Shown in pieces: positions 9,547-19,718 of a stretch of DNA of 64,000 nucleotides (its first letter is position 1; every line of letters starts with the position of its first letter). This DNA is from Candidatus Nomurabacteria bacterium (GTDB taxonomy: Bacteria; Patescibacteriota; Minisyncoccia; Phycocordibacterales; UBA9973): NCBI GenBank assembly GCA_023267375.1, contig JAHFNJ010000003.1:28579-92578 (forward strand), read 5' to 3'. The translations under genes were made by a program, and so were the position numbers. The notes under the pieces are model-generated. The model searched no databases, was not told the origin of the DNA, and saw nothing but the letters and a program-made list of their open reading frames with translations.

Positions 9547-11211
9547 CTACGAGGCGGTGCTCTCGCAATCTAAAGGGTACTTGTTTGCTTCGTCGTATAT
9601 AAACAACGGAGGGGTTGAAACAATGGGGCCACAACTATTACCTCCCCCATCTTCCGCAATGCCAACTGGCCAAATAAGTGGTGCCATATATGTTCCAAAA
9701 TTATTATTCATAAAAATATTGTGCTCGGCAGTGATACCCATACGCAACAACGCCCCCTTAGGAAGAATAGCGAATTCAGCAGGATGTCCACCAGGAAGCA
9801 GTGCAATGCCTTCTTTCGGATGGGTAAATATATTGCCAATAAATTTATTATTGGAAAAATCAGCGCTTATTTTTGACCAATACCCATACCCATCTGAATA
9901 AAAAAAGACGAACGGGGCAAACGTATCATCGAGTATATTATTACTGAAAATAGTATCCGTAATAGTAAGTCCATACCATCCGCCAATACCGCACTGTCCG
10001 GCATTTGAAATCAAATTACGATCAACAACCGAGTGAGTAAGTGATCCGATCGTCTCGATACCGCAATCATACACATTATGTATCGTATTGTCTGAGATCG
10101 TATCATTGGTCTCATTCTCAAGAAGCACGCCATCGTCAGATCCTACTTTCATTGTACGATCGCCAGGCGAACTGCCATCAATAGTATTCTCGCTGACGTG
10201 ATTCAATGATCCCCCACTTAACCACACCGGCGCAAAACTTTCATCTGAATACAGTGGAAGCGTGATGTTATTATTTTCAACAGAAACTCTCGAAGCTTTT
10301 GTTGCCTTAATCATTCCATAGACAGTATTTGATACTACGACAACGTCGCGTGAATTATTTTTTATCTCAAGTGTTGCTGAATGAACAGGATCATTCCGAC
10401 CAATTGCACATGAGCGAATTGTTACATACGAAACAGCGTCAACAACAATCGACGGAACATCCTTTGCATAAATACTATTCCCTTCACAATCTATTGCCAC
10501 AGAATCACTCGCTACATGCAGACACGGAGAAGTGTCTCGAGAGATAATATCTCTTGTAAGGACATAGCTCCCAGGCGTATCGATGGTTTGACACGAAGAG
10601 ATAGTTCGTGGTTCAACAATAGTCATTATGTTGCCCGACAACAGCACTCCTTCGTCAAAAACGAGGCTGGTCAAATTGCTCCGCACATCTGTTGCCGTCA
10701 TACCATTGTAAGCAAAACCTACCGACTGCCCGACATCACCGACCACATCCCCTCGTAATTCAAATGACTGCGTTGTTCCAGCAGGAATCAAAATATCGAG
10801 TCCCGTAAAATCACTGTTAGAACTACCAGAAAGAGTTGCTCCAACTTGTTCTCCTTTATGATGGAGCGTCAAATGAGCAACAGTAGCGTGGCCGACTCCA
10901 TCTGAGTAGGACTTAAAAGACAAGCTATTGAGGCGAATCCCACAGCTATTTGCTTTGATATCAAGTGTGATAAAACTGAAACCTGGTGTACCAATAGAAA
11001 TAGCTTGCGCGGTTGCTGTGTTTTTATTAAGGGTAACTATTGCAGCAGGAAACGAAGGACAAGAAACTGATTCTCCTGTGGCAAAATTCTGAAGTACTAA
11101 CTTTACAAACGAACTGTCTCTAGCAAACACAATAAGAAGAATCATAAAGATGCCGACCAAAAGAGTCATTCTTCTGAAATTTATGGGTGGAGTATTTTTT
11201 TGATTATCCAT
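9547..11211 (-). CDS. Membrane-anchored secreted protein with right-handed parallel beta-helix (pectate-lyase-fold) repeats
   Basis: 554 aa; N-terminal TM 'MTLLVGIFMILLIVFA'; repeated 'N-N-I/F…' beta-helix rungs (SNNILDD, SNNKFIGN, MNNNFG); many Cys. Confidence 0.55.
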   Translation of the reverse strand: MDNQKNTPPINFRRMTLLVGIFMILLIVFARDSSFVKLVLQNFATGESVSCPSFPAAIVTLNKNTATAQAISIGTPGFSFITLDIKANSCGIRLNSLSFKSYSDGVGHATVAHLTLHHKGEQVGATLSGSSNSDFTGLDILIPAGTTQSFELRGDVVGDVGQSVGFAYNGMTATDVRSNLTSLVFDEGVLLSGNIMTIVEPRTISSCQTIDTPGSYVLTRDIISRDTSPCLHVASDSVAIDCEGNSIYAKDVPSIVVDAVSYVTIRSCAIGRNDPVHSATLEIKNNSRDVVVVSNTVYGMIKATKASRVSVENNNITLPLYSDESFAPVWLSGGSLNHVSENTIDGSSPGDRTMKVGSDDGVLLENETNDTISDNTIHNVYDCGIETIGSLTHSVVDRNLISNAGQCGIGGWYGLTITDTIFSNNILDDTFAPFVFFYSDGYGYWSKISADFSNNKFIGNIFTHPKEGIALLPGGHPAEFAILPKGALLRMGITAEHNIFMNNNFGTYMAPLIWPVGIAEDGGGNSCGPIVSTPPLFIYDEANKYPLDCESTAS

Positions 11212-11240
11212 GTAGATTGATTATACAATTTAAGTACACA

Positions 11241-11266
11241 AAACCCCACCGATTGGTGGGGTTTTG
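11241..11266 (-). terminator. Terminator hairpin downstream of the giant surface protein gene
   Basis: aaaccccaccgattggtggggtttt. Confidence 0.6.
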
Positions 11267-11288
11267 AAAAATCTATTATGAACAAAGA

Positions 11289-14200
11289 TTATTGATGCAG
11301 CCCAGCGCTTCCGCACGAATGATTGATCAATCCACGAGTGATTGGACCAACCAATCCATCTTGTATGGTACCGAGGAATGCCTGCATTCTCTTAATAGCA
11401 CCATCTGTCAACGGACCAATGATTCCATCGATCGGTCCTGGATTAAACCCAAGACGCTGCATGTGAGTCTGCAGAATTGCTGCTTCGGTCACGATACCTC
11501 CAGTGTAAGAATTAAATTCTCCATTCTTTGACGGAGCACGTAAGTTTTGAGTAAGAATCAAATCTGCAGAACACTGCCCTGAAGAATCAGAATTTGTTGG
11601 AGTGTTTTGCGATGGAGGGAGAGCTCCGCACGCTTTTCCTGTTGTTGAACTAAATAGATTTCCAGCAACACAACCCGTATCAGGAGTTGTTGGAGATGCT
11701 ACGGGAGGGGTAACAACACTACTTCCACTACTACTTCCTCCACCTCCTCCACCGCCTGATGACTTATGAATAGTGAAGGTAAATGTCGAAACAGAAGAGG
11801 AAACTGATCCTGGATAACACGCAATTGCTTTGATTGTAGTCGTTGCTGTTACCGATATCGCACTAGAATAGACAGTACCGCTACCACATGTTGGATTTGC
11901 TGGACTTGAACCACTATTGTAACGCATCGAGGAAACACCTGCCCCACCAGAGAGTGTTATTGATTGATTTGAAGTATATGTTCCCGCAACTGGACTTGCA
12001 GTCGGTGCACTTGCTGGACTAATCGTATAGGCAAATGTTGCCACTGCCGACTCACCTCCCGTATAACACGCAATCGCTTTGATTGTCTTTGTGGTTGCAA
12101 CAGAGATCGGGAATGTCGTACTTCCAGTCGAACATGTTGGGGTTGTTCCATTTACGGTATAGTGGATACTTGTCGAATCAGTTGCTGAAAGTGTTACGCT
12201 TTGTGTCTCATAGTAGGTGCCTTCTTCCACATCAGTATCAGGAGCAGCAAGCACCCCAGCAACAGTGATCTCATCACTGTCTCCTGTAATACCCGCATCG
12301 CCAAACTTAGTAGCAGTAATCACAATTCCCTCTCCTTCAGCAGTGAAATTTTGTCCAGTAAATGTTTTTGTACCTTCATCTTCTGAAACAAACGTATACG
12401 TGTTCGTAATATTTCCCGCAGTGACAGGATCCATGTCGATAACAAAATGACTTGTATCTGCGGTGGCACCATTATCAGAACTCATGACGTTTCCATATTC
12501 ATCCTCTGCTGTCACTGTCATTGTAAAGTTCTCATTCATCGCGAGTGTCGTTTTTGAAGTTTCAACAGTGTAGTGGTGAAGCGCAGCATGACGCACGGTG
12601 ATAGCTGATTGTGTACCCGTTGCATCTTCATCTTCAGAATCAGTGGCGGTCAATGATTGTTCGCCAGCAGTGTAGAAAATCACTCCATTTTCTCCGCTGA
12701 ACGTCGCCGAACCGTGGTCGCCAACTTGAAAGGCGTAGCTTGTCGGATAGATGCCCGCCTCTTCATCGCTTGAAGAGAAGTTGACCGTGCCAGTGTAATC
12801 TGTTTTTAAGTTGTTATCACTATCATATGCATTCACGGTAAACAAACTTCCTGCTCCAGCCGCAACAGGATCAACTGCGTCGGTGACAGTAAAGTGGTCA
12901 ATTGCACCCAGAGTTACTCCAAGTGTTGTGGTGTCAGAAAGTTCGCCATAGTCAGCAGACACAGTCCACTCTCCAGGAACCTCAGCATAGTAGACATTGT
13001 CATCCCAATCTCCACCTGCCCCACCTTCTATGGATATATCTGAATCATCGGTCACATCACCGATAAAGTTTTCATCTGCATCGTATGCATCAACAGTAAA
13101 TTCTTCACTGTCATCAGCTGAGATTGTGTCACTGTCTGGCGAGAGAACTATATAGCTAGGATCACCAGGATCAACATCCAGCGAGACAGAATCAGAGAGT
13201 TCTCCGTATTCACCGGTCACAGTCCATTCACCAGAAACTTCAGCAGTGTATACATTATCAGTAAATGATCCGCCAGCACCCATCGAAATACTAAAAGTTG
13301 TGTCATCAGTTACTTCATCAATATCATTGCCGTGTGAATCATATGCTTCTGCATGGAATGTTTGCGTATCATCAGCACTGATCGTGGTGTTGTCTGGAGT
13401 AACAATAATATAATCAGCAGTACCAGGACTTACGGTGAGCCCCGTGGTGTCAGTAAGACCGTTGTAATTAGCTTCTATAGTCCACTCCCCAGCATTATCC
13501 GGGTTGTATACATTATCTGTAAATGAGCCACTAGCACCTTCGGAAATAGTAAAGGTTGACTCAGTAGTCACATCCCCTAATGAGTTGTCATATGAATCAA
13601 AAGCCTCAACTGTAAACGTAGCTGTCTCATCAGCGGTAATAGTACTGTCGTTTACAGTAAGAGTAATGTAGTCGTAATCTTCATCGTTGGTAATAACATC
13701 TATTGATGCAGTTTCAGTAACCTCGCTGTCATCTGCTTCAATATCAGCCCCACCCACTACATGACCAGTAAATAGAGCGCCTTTATTATCTACATCAGCA
13801 ACAAGATCACCATCTACGATACCTCCAGTCTTGTTTATGAGCGCCCAATCAACTGCTGGATTTGACACAAAGTTGCCATGCTGGTCTCGATACACTGAAT
13901 ACACATGAATCGATCCGCCTGGATACACATCATCAGAACCAACATCATCAGCATAATAACTATCATTATCATATTCAACATGAAGAGAGTCAGTAGCTCC
14001 AGCTGACACATCAATCCAAACAGAATCACTGTGTCCGCCATAATTTGCAGTAACAAGCCACTCGCCTACCCACTGTGGATTGTATACGTTGTCAGTAAAC
14101 GAACCTCCCGCTCCTTCTGAAATATCAAAGCTTGCATCTCCAGATACGTCCCCGAGATCGTTGTCATACTGGTCGTATGCATGCACTGTAAATGTCGCGA

Positions 14201-14804
14201 GGCCATCTGCTGTAATCGTTGAATCATCAACAGAAAGATTGATGTACCCATAATCTCCAAAACTTCCTTCATCAGGAGTCGTAGTAACAGTATCGCAAGC
14301 AGGCGTCGTATCAACACCTGTCTTTACACAAATTTCTTGATCGTCTACAGAATAGGGATTTCTGATGCCCTGATTTATCTCAAATGAAATGAGTCCGCCA
14401 TTTAAATCGATACTACTATCGAGAGTAATTTTAATCGTGGTTGAATTGAGCCGAACAACAGAAGATACTGGATAGAGCCCCTCATCTTCCCCTTCACCAA
14501 CAGAAATAAATCCATCCCATGCACAACCAGCACTACAGATAACATCCGCCACATCGCCGAGTGAGCCATTGTCGCCATCATTCAAATCGTACCCACCTGG
14601 GAATATAATAGAGATCGTCTTTGTTTTAGTACTGACATCTGTCGTAAATGAAAAATTGTAATCGCTATAATCCCCGACCATAGCATCATCTGCGGAAATC
14701 GTCACATCAGCAATCACCGCTTTTGCACTACGTGCAAAAGAAAGTACTGCCACCATCGAAAGCACAAAGATAGCAGAGAACAGAAAAAACTTTTTATGTA
14801 ACAT
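11289..14804 (-). CDS. Giant secreted surface protein: signal peptide, 5 tandem ~78-aa Ig-like repeats, two CHB_HEX_C-like domains, Gly/Ser linker, C-terminal peptidoglycan-binding domain
   Basis: 1171 aa. Signal 'MLHKKFFLFSAIFVLSMVAVLSFARSAKA'. Repeats 'TI(T/S)AD…TF(T/H)V(E/H)A(Y/F)D…GDV…SEGAGGSFTDNVY…GEWT'. 'TTIKAIACY…TFTFTI' ×2. 'GGGGGGGSSSGSS'. C-terminal 'LGFNPGPIDGIIGPLTDGAIKRMQAFLG…DGLVGPIT' (PG_binding_1-like). Confidence 0.75.
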   Translation of the reverse strand: MLHKKFFLFSAIFVLSMVAVLSFARSAKAVIADVTISADDAMVGDYSDYNFSFTTDVSTKTKTISIIFPGGYDLNDGDNGSLGDVADVICSAGCAWDGFISVGEGEDEGLYPVSSVVRLNSTTIKITLDSSIDLNGGLISFEINQGIRNPYSVDDQEICVKTGVDTTPACDTVTTTPDEGSFGDYGYINLSVDDSTITADGLATFTVHAYDQYDNDLGDVSGDASFDISEGAGGSFTDNVYNPQWVGEWLVTANYGGHSDSVWIDVSAGATDSLHVEYDNDSYYADDVGSDDVYPGGSIHVYSVYRDQHGNFVSNPAVDWALINKTGGIVDGDLVADVDNKGALFTGHVVGGADIEADDSEVTETASIDVITNDEDYDYITLTVNDSTITADETATFTVEAFDSYDNSLGDVTTESTFTISEGASGSFTDNVYNPDNAGEWTIEANYNGLTDTTGLTVSPGTADYIIVTPDNTTISADDTQTFHAEAYDSHGNDIDEVTDDTTFSISMGAGGSFTDNVYTAEVSGEWTVTGEYGELSDSVSLDVDPGDPSYIVLSPDSDTISADDSEEFTVDAYDADENFIGDVTDDSDISIEGGAGGDWDDNVYYAEVPGEWTVSADYGELSDTTTLGVTLGAIDHFTVTDAVDPVAAGAGSLFTVNAYDSDNNLKTDYTGTVNFSSSDEEAGIYPTSYAFQVGDHGSATFSGENGVIFYTAGEQSLTATDSEDEDATGTQSAITVRHAALHHYTVETSKTTLAMNENFTMTVTAEDEYGNVMSSDNGATADTSHFVIDMDPVTAGNITNTYTFVSEDEGTKTFTGQNFTAEGEGIVITATKFGDAGITGDSDEITVAGVLAAPDTDVEEGTYYETQSVTLSATDSTSIHYTVNGTTPTCSTGSTTFPISVATTKTIKAIACYTGGESAVATFAYTISPASAPTASPVAGTYTSNQSITLSGGAGVSSMRYNSGSSPANPTCGSGTVYSSAISVTATTTIKAIACYPGSVSSSVSTFTFTIHKSSGGGGGGGSSSGSSVVTPPVASPTTPDTGCVAGNLFSSTTGKACGALPPSQNTPTNSDSSGQCSADLILTQNLRAPSKNGEFNSYTGGIVTEAAILQTHMQRLGFNPGPIDGIIGPLTDGAIKRMQAFLGTIQDGLVGPITRGLINHSCGSAGLHQ
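12880..14230. repeat. Intragenic tandem repeat array (~234-bp units ×5) encoding the Ig-like repeats
   Basis: Repeated peptide units are visible in the translation; approximate boundaries. Confidence 0.5.
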
Positions 14805-14999
14805 AAATAATTACCTAAAACAATTAACTCTTAAAAAAGACCTAACCATACTTTTTAAATAAAATAAATACTTTTTTAATTTTAACACCTAATCGATGCT
14901 CTGACTCCTAAAAATGTGGATAACCCTCGGTTAATGGATTTATTACTACTGCCCTACTGAGAATGCCCCAGAAGCCCCTTTGTCGCTACTCTCAGTAAA

Positions 15000-16487
15000 A
15001 TGATTAATGAGAAAAAGGATGACAATACCCAAAATAAGCATACAAAGAAAACTGAAAAGGATTTTGAAAAAATGTTTGGTAACCATGCAATGAGTATACT
15101 AAAAAAGTGTACTTTTACGAACACAGCTCCTGTGGTACGCTGTGGTCATCCTCATATGTTACGCTCACTTATCCGCCAGAATAAAGCAGGTATCATCCTC
15201 GTTGGAGACATCACCTTATTTGCACTGTCTCTTGTGTTCACCCTTCTCCTTCGCTATGGAAATACGGCTTTCGCCGCAGTGTGGAAAGAGCACTTCTCCC
15301 CATTCCTCGTACTCCTCTGTGTCTGGATCTTCGTTTTTTATATTGCCGGTCTGTACACGTACACGACATTTCGAACGACGATCGACAACGCAAAACTTTT
15401 TGGCACAACACTTCTCGTAAATTTTTTCCTCTCCATCGGCATCTTCTATGCATTCAGCGACTTCTTTCAGTTAACACCAAAAATAAACCTCGTTATCTTC
15501 ACACTGCTCTTTGCTGTCTCTGATGGGCTCTGGCGCTACCTTCTCGCTCGAATACTTTCATCAAAACATCGACGGGAAACAATTCTTTTTGTCGCAACAT
15601 CACCGCTTATCACTGTAGTGCAGGAACACCTTACATCCCATCCGCAACTCGGAATAGTTTCACATACGTTTACTGGATCTGATTCCCTTTCCACTGCTGT
15701 AACACAAAAGAGATGCGACACTGTTGTCGTCGATGCGGCAATGATTAAAAATGCACCCGTAGCGAAATCACTCTATGAATTATTTGCACATCACATTAAA
15801 GTGCAGACACTTGGCGACTTTTATGAATCACTCTTCAATCGTGTGCCACTGAGTGAAATTGAAGAAGAGTGGTTCGTGCAAGAAATGGGACAGAAAACAG
15901 ACGTGTACGGCTCACTCCGACAACTCTTCGATACTGTTTTTGCTATTACCCTTGTGATTATCTTGTCCCCACTTTTTTGTATCGTTGCAATCCTTGTAGT
16001 ACTCACATCACACGGACCTATTATTTACCGACAGCAACGCATTGGAAAAGATGGCGAAGTATTTACGCTCTACAAATTTCGCAACATGTATCACCGCGCT
16101 GAAAAAAATCCTGATGCAACAAACGGCAATCCGACCTGGTGGCAATCTAATGACGCACGCGTAACCCCTGTCGGAAAACTCTTACGAAAAACACACCTCG
16201 ATGAACTGCCCCAACTGTTGAATATCATCAAAGGTGACATGCTCTTAGTCGGCCCTCGCCCAGAACGCCCAGAATTTGTAGCGACACTTGAAGAACAAAT
16301 CCCCCACTACATGATTCGCCACATCATAAAACCGGGGATCACTGGCTGGGCACAGGTACAGTATCACTATGGCGGATCGGTTGCAGCAAGCGCAACTAAA
16401 CTTGAATATGATATTTACTACTTAAAACACCGATCGTTTGTGCTCGATGCACTCATTCTTCTAAAGACACTCCGCCATTTTTTCTAA
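15000..16487 (+). CDS. Polyprenyl-phosphate sugar phosphotransferase (bacterial sugar transferase, WbaP/CpsE-like)
   Basis: 495 aa; N-terminal TM helices; C-terminal Bac_transf domain 'LRQLFDTVFAITLVIILSPLFCIVAILVVLTSHGPIIYRQQRIGKDGEVFTLYKFRNM…LLVGPRPERPEF'. True start may be internal. Confidence 0.8.
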   Translation: MINEKKDDNTQNKHTKKTEKDFEKMFGNHAMSILKKCTFTNTAPVVRCGHPHMLRSLIRQNKAGIILVGDITLFALSLVFTLLLRYGNTAFAAVWKEHFSPFLVLLCVWIFVFYIAGLYTYTTFRTTIDNAKLFGTTLLVNFFLSIGIFYAFSDFFQLTPKINLVIFTLLFAVSDGLWRYLLARILSSKHRRETILFVATSPLITVVQEHLTSHPQLGIVSHTFTGSDSLSTAVTQKRCDTVVVDAAMIKNAPVAKSLYELFAHHIKVQTLGDFYESLFNRVPLSEIEEEWFVQEMGQKTDVYGSLRQLFDTVFAITLVIILSPLFCIVAILVVLTSHGPIIYRQQRIGKDGEVFTLYKFRNMYHRAEKNPDATNGNPTWWQSNDARVTPVGKLLRKTHLDELPQLLNIIKGDMLLVGPRPERPEFVATLEEQIPHYMIRHIIKPGITGWAQVQYHYGGSVAASATKLEYDIYYLKHRSFVLDALILLKTLRHFF

Positions 16488-16502
16488 TACAACCTATCGC
16501 AA

Positions 16503-17309
16503 TCACCTACCTATAGTTCGATAAAGTTTTGCACGTGAAAAGAAATATGAATGTTTCCTAAATAAGTACAGTAGACCAGCGAGATGCTTTAGTGCGAGTA
16601 ACGGCTTCCGGTAAGAAGCGCGCTGTGCATGATGGATGACAATAGCACGTGGACAAAAAATCACTTTGTAGCCCGCCTTCCAGACACGTATGCAAAAATC
16701 AACATCTTCTGGGGCATAAAAAATATGCTCGTCAAAAAACCCAACCTCCTTAAAAAGCTCCTTCTTCATACACCAGCACGCAGAAATACCGTAATCAGGA
16801 TACGTAGTGACATTTCCCTCGTACAACTCATCTCGCACGAGCGCGCCATGAAAAATTCCAAACAGTGAGTAACTAGCACGCAAGACCTTCGTCACAATAG
16901 TTGGAAATCGTTTTATAGATTCTTGTACAGATCCATCAGGGAAAATAATTTTTGGACAGATGATTCCCGGCATTTCATGCTTCCCTAGTTCCTCAATCAT
17001 TGCAGAGAGAGCGCCAGGAGTAGTTTCTGTATCCGCATCAATGCATATAACATACTCCCCTGTTGCCTGTGCGATGCCAACATTCCTTGGGTATGTGGTG
17101 CCTTTATTGCTCGTGTATTTTGTGAGATGAATTGACGCATTACTTGAATACGCTGTCTCAACAATAGAGACAGTACTGTCGGTTGATCCATTATCAAAGA
17201 TAAGAACTTCAGTCTCTAGCCCTGACGCCTTAGCATCTGACAACAAGCTATCGATACATTTTTTAATATACCGCTCGCTGTTCCACGTAAGAATAATGAT
17301 TGATATCAT
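16503..17309 (-). CDS. Glycosyltransferase family 2
   Basis: GT-A motifs 'ISIIILTWNSERYIKKCIDSLL…LIFDNGSTD…DADT'. Start trimmed to Met 'MISIIIL' to remove overlap with upstream gene. Confidence 0.75.
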   Translation of the reverse strand: MISIIILTWNSERYIKKCIDSLLSDAKASGLETEVLIFDNGSTDSTVSIVETAYSSNASIHLTKYTSNKGTTYPRNVGIAQATGEYVICIDADTETTPGALSAMIEELGKHEMPGIICPKIIFPDGSVQESIKRFPTIVTKVLRASYSLFGIFHGALVRDELYEGNVTTYPDYGISACWCMKKELFKEVGFFDEHIFYAPEDVDFCIRVWKAGYKVIFCPRAIVIHHAQRASYRKPLLALKHLAGLLYLFRKHSYFFSRAKLYRTIGR

Positions 17310-17325
17310 ACTCTGAAAGTATACC

Positions 17326-18234
17326 TTATGATTTACGAAAAAGACTCCGATAAAAAGTGGCTGCGATTCCAGATACATTCGCGAGTGTGCAAAGATAGGA
17401 AACGCCCATCATTTTTATAAGCGGATATGAAATATCTTTCCTTCCCCATTTTGTAATGAGCCCAGGCAATCGAAATGCGAGGATCGGCAAAAACAAACTC
17501 GCAATTCGTGCGCTAATCCAAAACACATTCTTACCTCTTCCCTGCCACACAGCTACACACCCCCGGCCAACACGAAAATGTTTTTCAAGTAATTCTTTAC
17601 AATTCCTTGTTGGATGAAATACCACAACCGAAGCGTCGTACACAAGGGATTTTCCACCTTTCCATGCATTATTTGTCCAAAGTGCATCTCCTCCCGAAAC
17701 CGCCGTATCAGGGAATAAACCAAGTTCTGTAAAAAGAGTCTTTGGTATAAAAACGTTCGCAGTCTGTGCCGAATGACGCAATGTAATAAATAACTCATTA
17801 TTTAAATTGATGAGCGAGTCGAGCAGTTCAGCACTTGTTTTTTTCTCAGAAAAAAGAAATTCTATTTTTCCCCCAACAATACCGCCTTGTTCTTGCGACA
17901 CCCGAGCAATGCCTCGAGAAATCCAATCAGGCTTTGCGACACAGTCGGCATCAGTAAAAGCAAGAATACTCCCCTTTGCAACTGCAATACCTCGATTTCT
18001 CGCCACATATGAATTGCGCGCTTTGCTTTCTTCAATACGCGTAACTGGGTATGCGGCTGCTATTGTGTTCGTGGCGTCAGTTGATCCATTATCAATAATA
18101 AGTATTTCGTACTTCTCTTTCGGATACTCTTGCGCCAGTAGAGACTCGATATTTTTCGCAATATAGTTCTCTCCGTTATATACAGGAACGACAACTGAAA
18201 CAAATGGCAATTCTTCATTAGACGACATGTTCAT
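17326..18234 (-). CDS. Glycosyltransferase family 2
   Basis: 'VSVVVPVYNGENYIAKNIESLLAQEYPKEKYEILIIDNGSTDAT…DADC'. Confidence 0.75.
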   Translation of the reverse strand: MNMSSNEELPFVSVVVPVYNGENYIAKNIESLLAQEYPKEKYEILIIDNGSTDATNTIAAAYPVTRIEESKARNSYVARNRGIAVAKGSILAFTDADCVAKPDWISRGIARVSQEQGGIVGGKIEFLFSEKKTSAELLDSLINLNNELFITLRHSAQTANVFIPKTLFTELGLFPDTAVSGGDALWTNNAWKGGKSLVYDASVVVFHPTRNCKELLEKHFRVGRGCVAVWQGRGKNVFWISARIASLFLPILAFRLPGLITKWGRKDISYPLIKMMGVSYLCTLANVSGIAATFYRSLFRKS

Positions 18235-19234
18235 GTTCTCGTGCGGTAATTTTTGTAAATAAATAATCGCGATTACACAACGTAATCAATGCTCCGACAA
18301 AAATAACAAATGATGATACAAGCACAATTGGAAGCGAGAGTACGAGTCGCCCAATTGATGTCCAACGTTCCCTGACGATGTAGTACGAGCGGAGGAAAAA
18401 TTTATATACTTTAAATGCAACAAAAAAACCAAGATTAAAAAAACGGCGAGCGAGAGAATATTTTTCAACGACCGTCCCGTCGGGTGAAAAATAAAAATCA
18501 GCTTTCACTATTTCGTCCGCGCCAAAAATGAGCATCCGGTACCACCAATCCCAAAAATTGCCAGGCGGGGCATGGTACCCTTTTGCATGGGGAGCCTGCA
18601 CAATAGAATAACCACGACATTTGAGTAACCGTATCCATTCGGCAATACTTGAACGATAGAGCGGCAGTTTCGTAAAAAACGGCACCGAAAGCATCACGTC
18701 TTTTTTAATAGCAAAATTATTCAAATAAAAATTCCGCGCAAAACGAGGATACGCATTGTTACTCGTGATGTTCGACATCCAGATCAGCTGAATAGCCATT
18801 GTATATATAGACACAACTCGTATCCGCGTCTCCCCCGCAACAATACTTGCACCCGGGGCCCACATAAAAGTGTAGAGCATATTTTCGAGCCATGTTTTGT
18901 CATACACAACATCCGAATCAGCAAATACAACAATGTTCCCCGTCGCACGTTCTGCCCCGCGCATTTTTGCTCCGGTATATTCAAGGTCCCCCGACTCTAC
19001 ACAAACAGCAGCCCAAGGATACTTCGTGTGTAAAAGAGTAATTGTTTCTGGCGATACATGACCACCGGCAATAAGCAGCACTTCTTTTGCTTGAGTAATC
19101 GGATAGGTCTGCTCTTTCAATGAATCGAGTGTCTGCTCAAGATCGGCGATCCCAGCCATGCCAAGATTCTCCGTTTCAACAACGATAGAAAAGCTAAGAC
19201 TCTCGAGCTGTTCCTTAGTAGGACGGTATTCCAT
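18218..19234 (-). CDS. Glycosyltransferase (GT-A-like) with C-terminal TM segment
   Basis: 338 aa; 'FSIVVETENLG…LDSLKEQTYPI…FADSDVVYD'; hydrophobic C-terminus. Confidence 0.6.
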   Translation of the reverse strand: MEYRPTKEQLESLSFSIVVETENLGMAGIADLEQTLDSLKEQTYPITQAKEVLLIAGGHVSPETITLLHTKYPWAAVCVESGDLEYTGAKMRGAERATGNIVVFADSDVVYDKTWLENMLYTFMWAPGASIVAGETRIRVVSIYTMAIQLIWMSNITSNNAYPRFARNFYLNNFAIKKDVMLSVPFFTKLPLYRSSIAEWIRLLKCRGYSIVQAPHAKGYHAPPGNFWDWWYRMLIFGADEIVKADFYFSPDGTVVEKYSLARRFFNLGFFVAFKVYKFFLRSYYIVRERWTSIGRLVLSLPIVLVSSFVIFVGALITLCNRDYLFTKITAREHEHVV

Positions 19235-19297
19235 ACGCGAAAATGGCCCTTATTATACCATGGTTGCTTTTATCCCCCTCTCCTCTATAATTGGGAA

Positions 19298-19714
19298 ATG
19301 ACTTATGAAATAAATACTCAGGATGCCATCAGTGAGACGCTCGACGGCGAAACAATTGTTATAAACCTAAAGAGCGGAAATTACTACAGTTTAAATGAAA
19401 CTGGTACGCTCGTATGGACCTACATTGTCGAAAAGTACAGCACCGAATCCATGGCCGCAACCTTGGCAAGCCACTATGGCGCAGACACAAGTACTGTTGA
19501 AAAAGCTATTGCAGACTTTATCGAGACCTTACAAAAGGATTCGCTTATTCAGGAAACAACCCAAACAAATAACTCTCCAATACCTTCACCAACAACAGAG
19601 AAAAAATTGTTCGTTGCTCCAAAAATCGAAAAATACGAAGATATGCAGGAAATGATTATGGCTGACCCCGTACACGATGTTGATGAAATGGGCTGGCCTA
19701 ATTTGAAAAAGTAA
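19298..19714 (+). CDS. PqqD-family (RiPP-recognition-element-like) protein with ~65-aa C-terminal extension
   Basis: 'LDGETIVINLKSGNYYSLNETGTLVWTYIVEKYSTESMAATLASHYGADTSTVEKAIADFIETLQKDSLIQE' fits PqqD/RRE pattern; tail ends '…DVDEMGWPNLKK'. Confidence 0.7.
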   Translation: MTYEINTQDAISETLDGETIVINLKSGNYYSLNETGTLVWTYIVEKYSTESMAATLASHYGADTSTVEKAIADFIETLQKDSLIQETTQTNNSPIPSPTTEKKLFVAPKIEKYEDMQEMIMADPVHDVDEMGWPNLKK

Positions 19715-19718
19715 GCGT

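Noticed and set aside
12083-12450. Several 60-80-aa plus-strand ORFs
   Set aside because: They are antisense shadows of the repeat-rich surface-protein gene.
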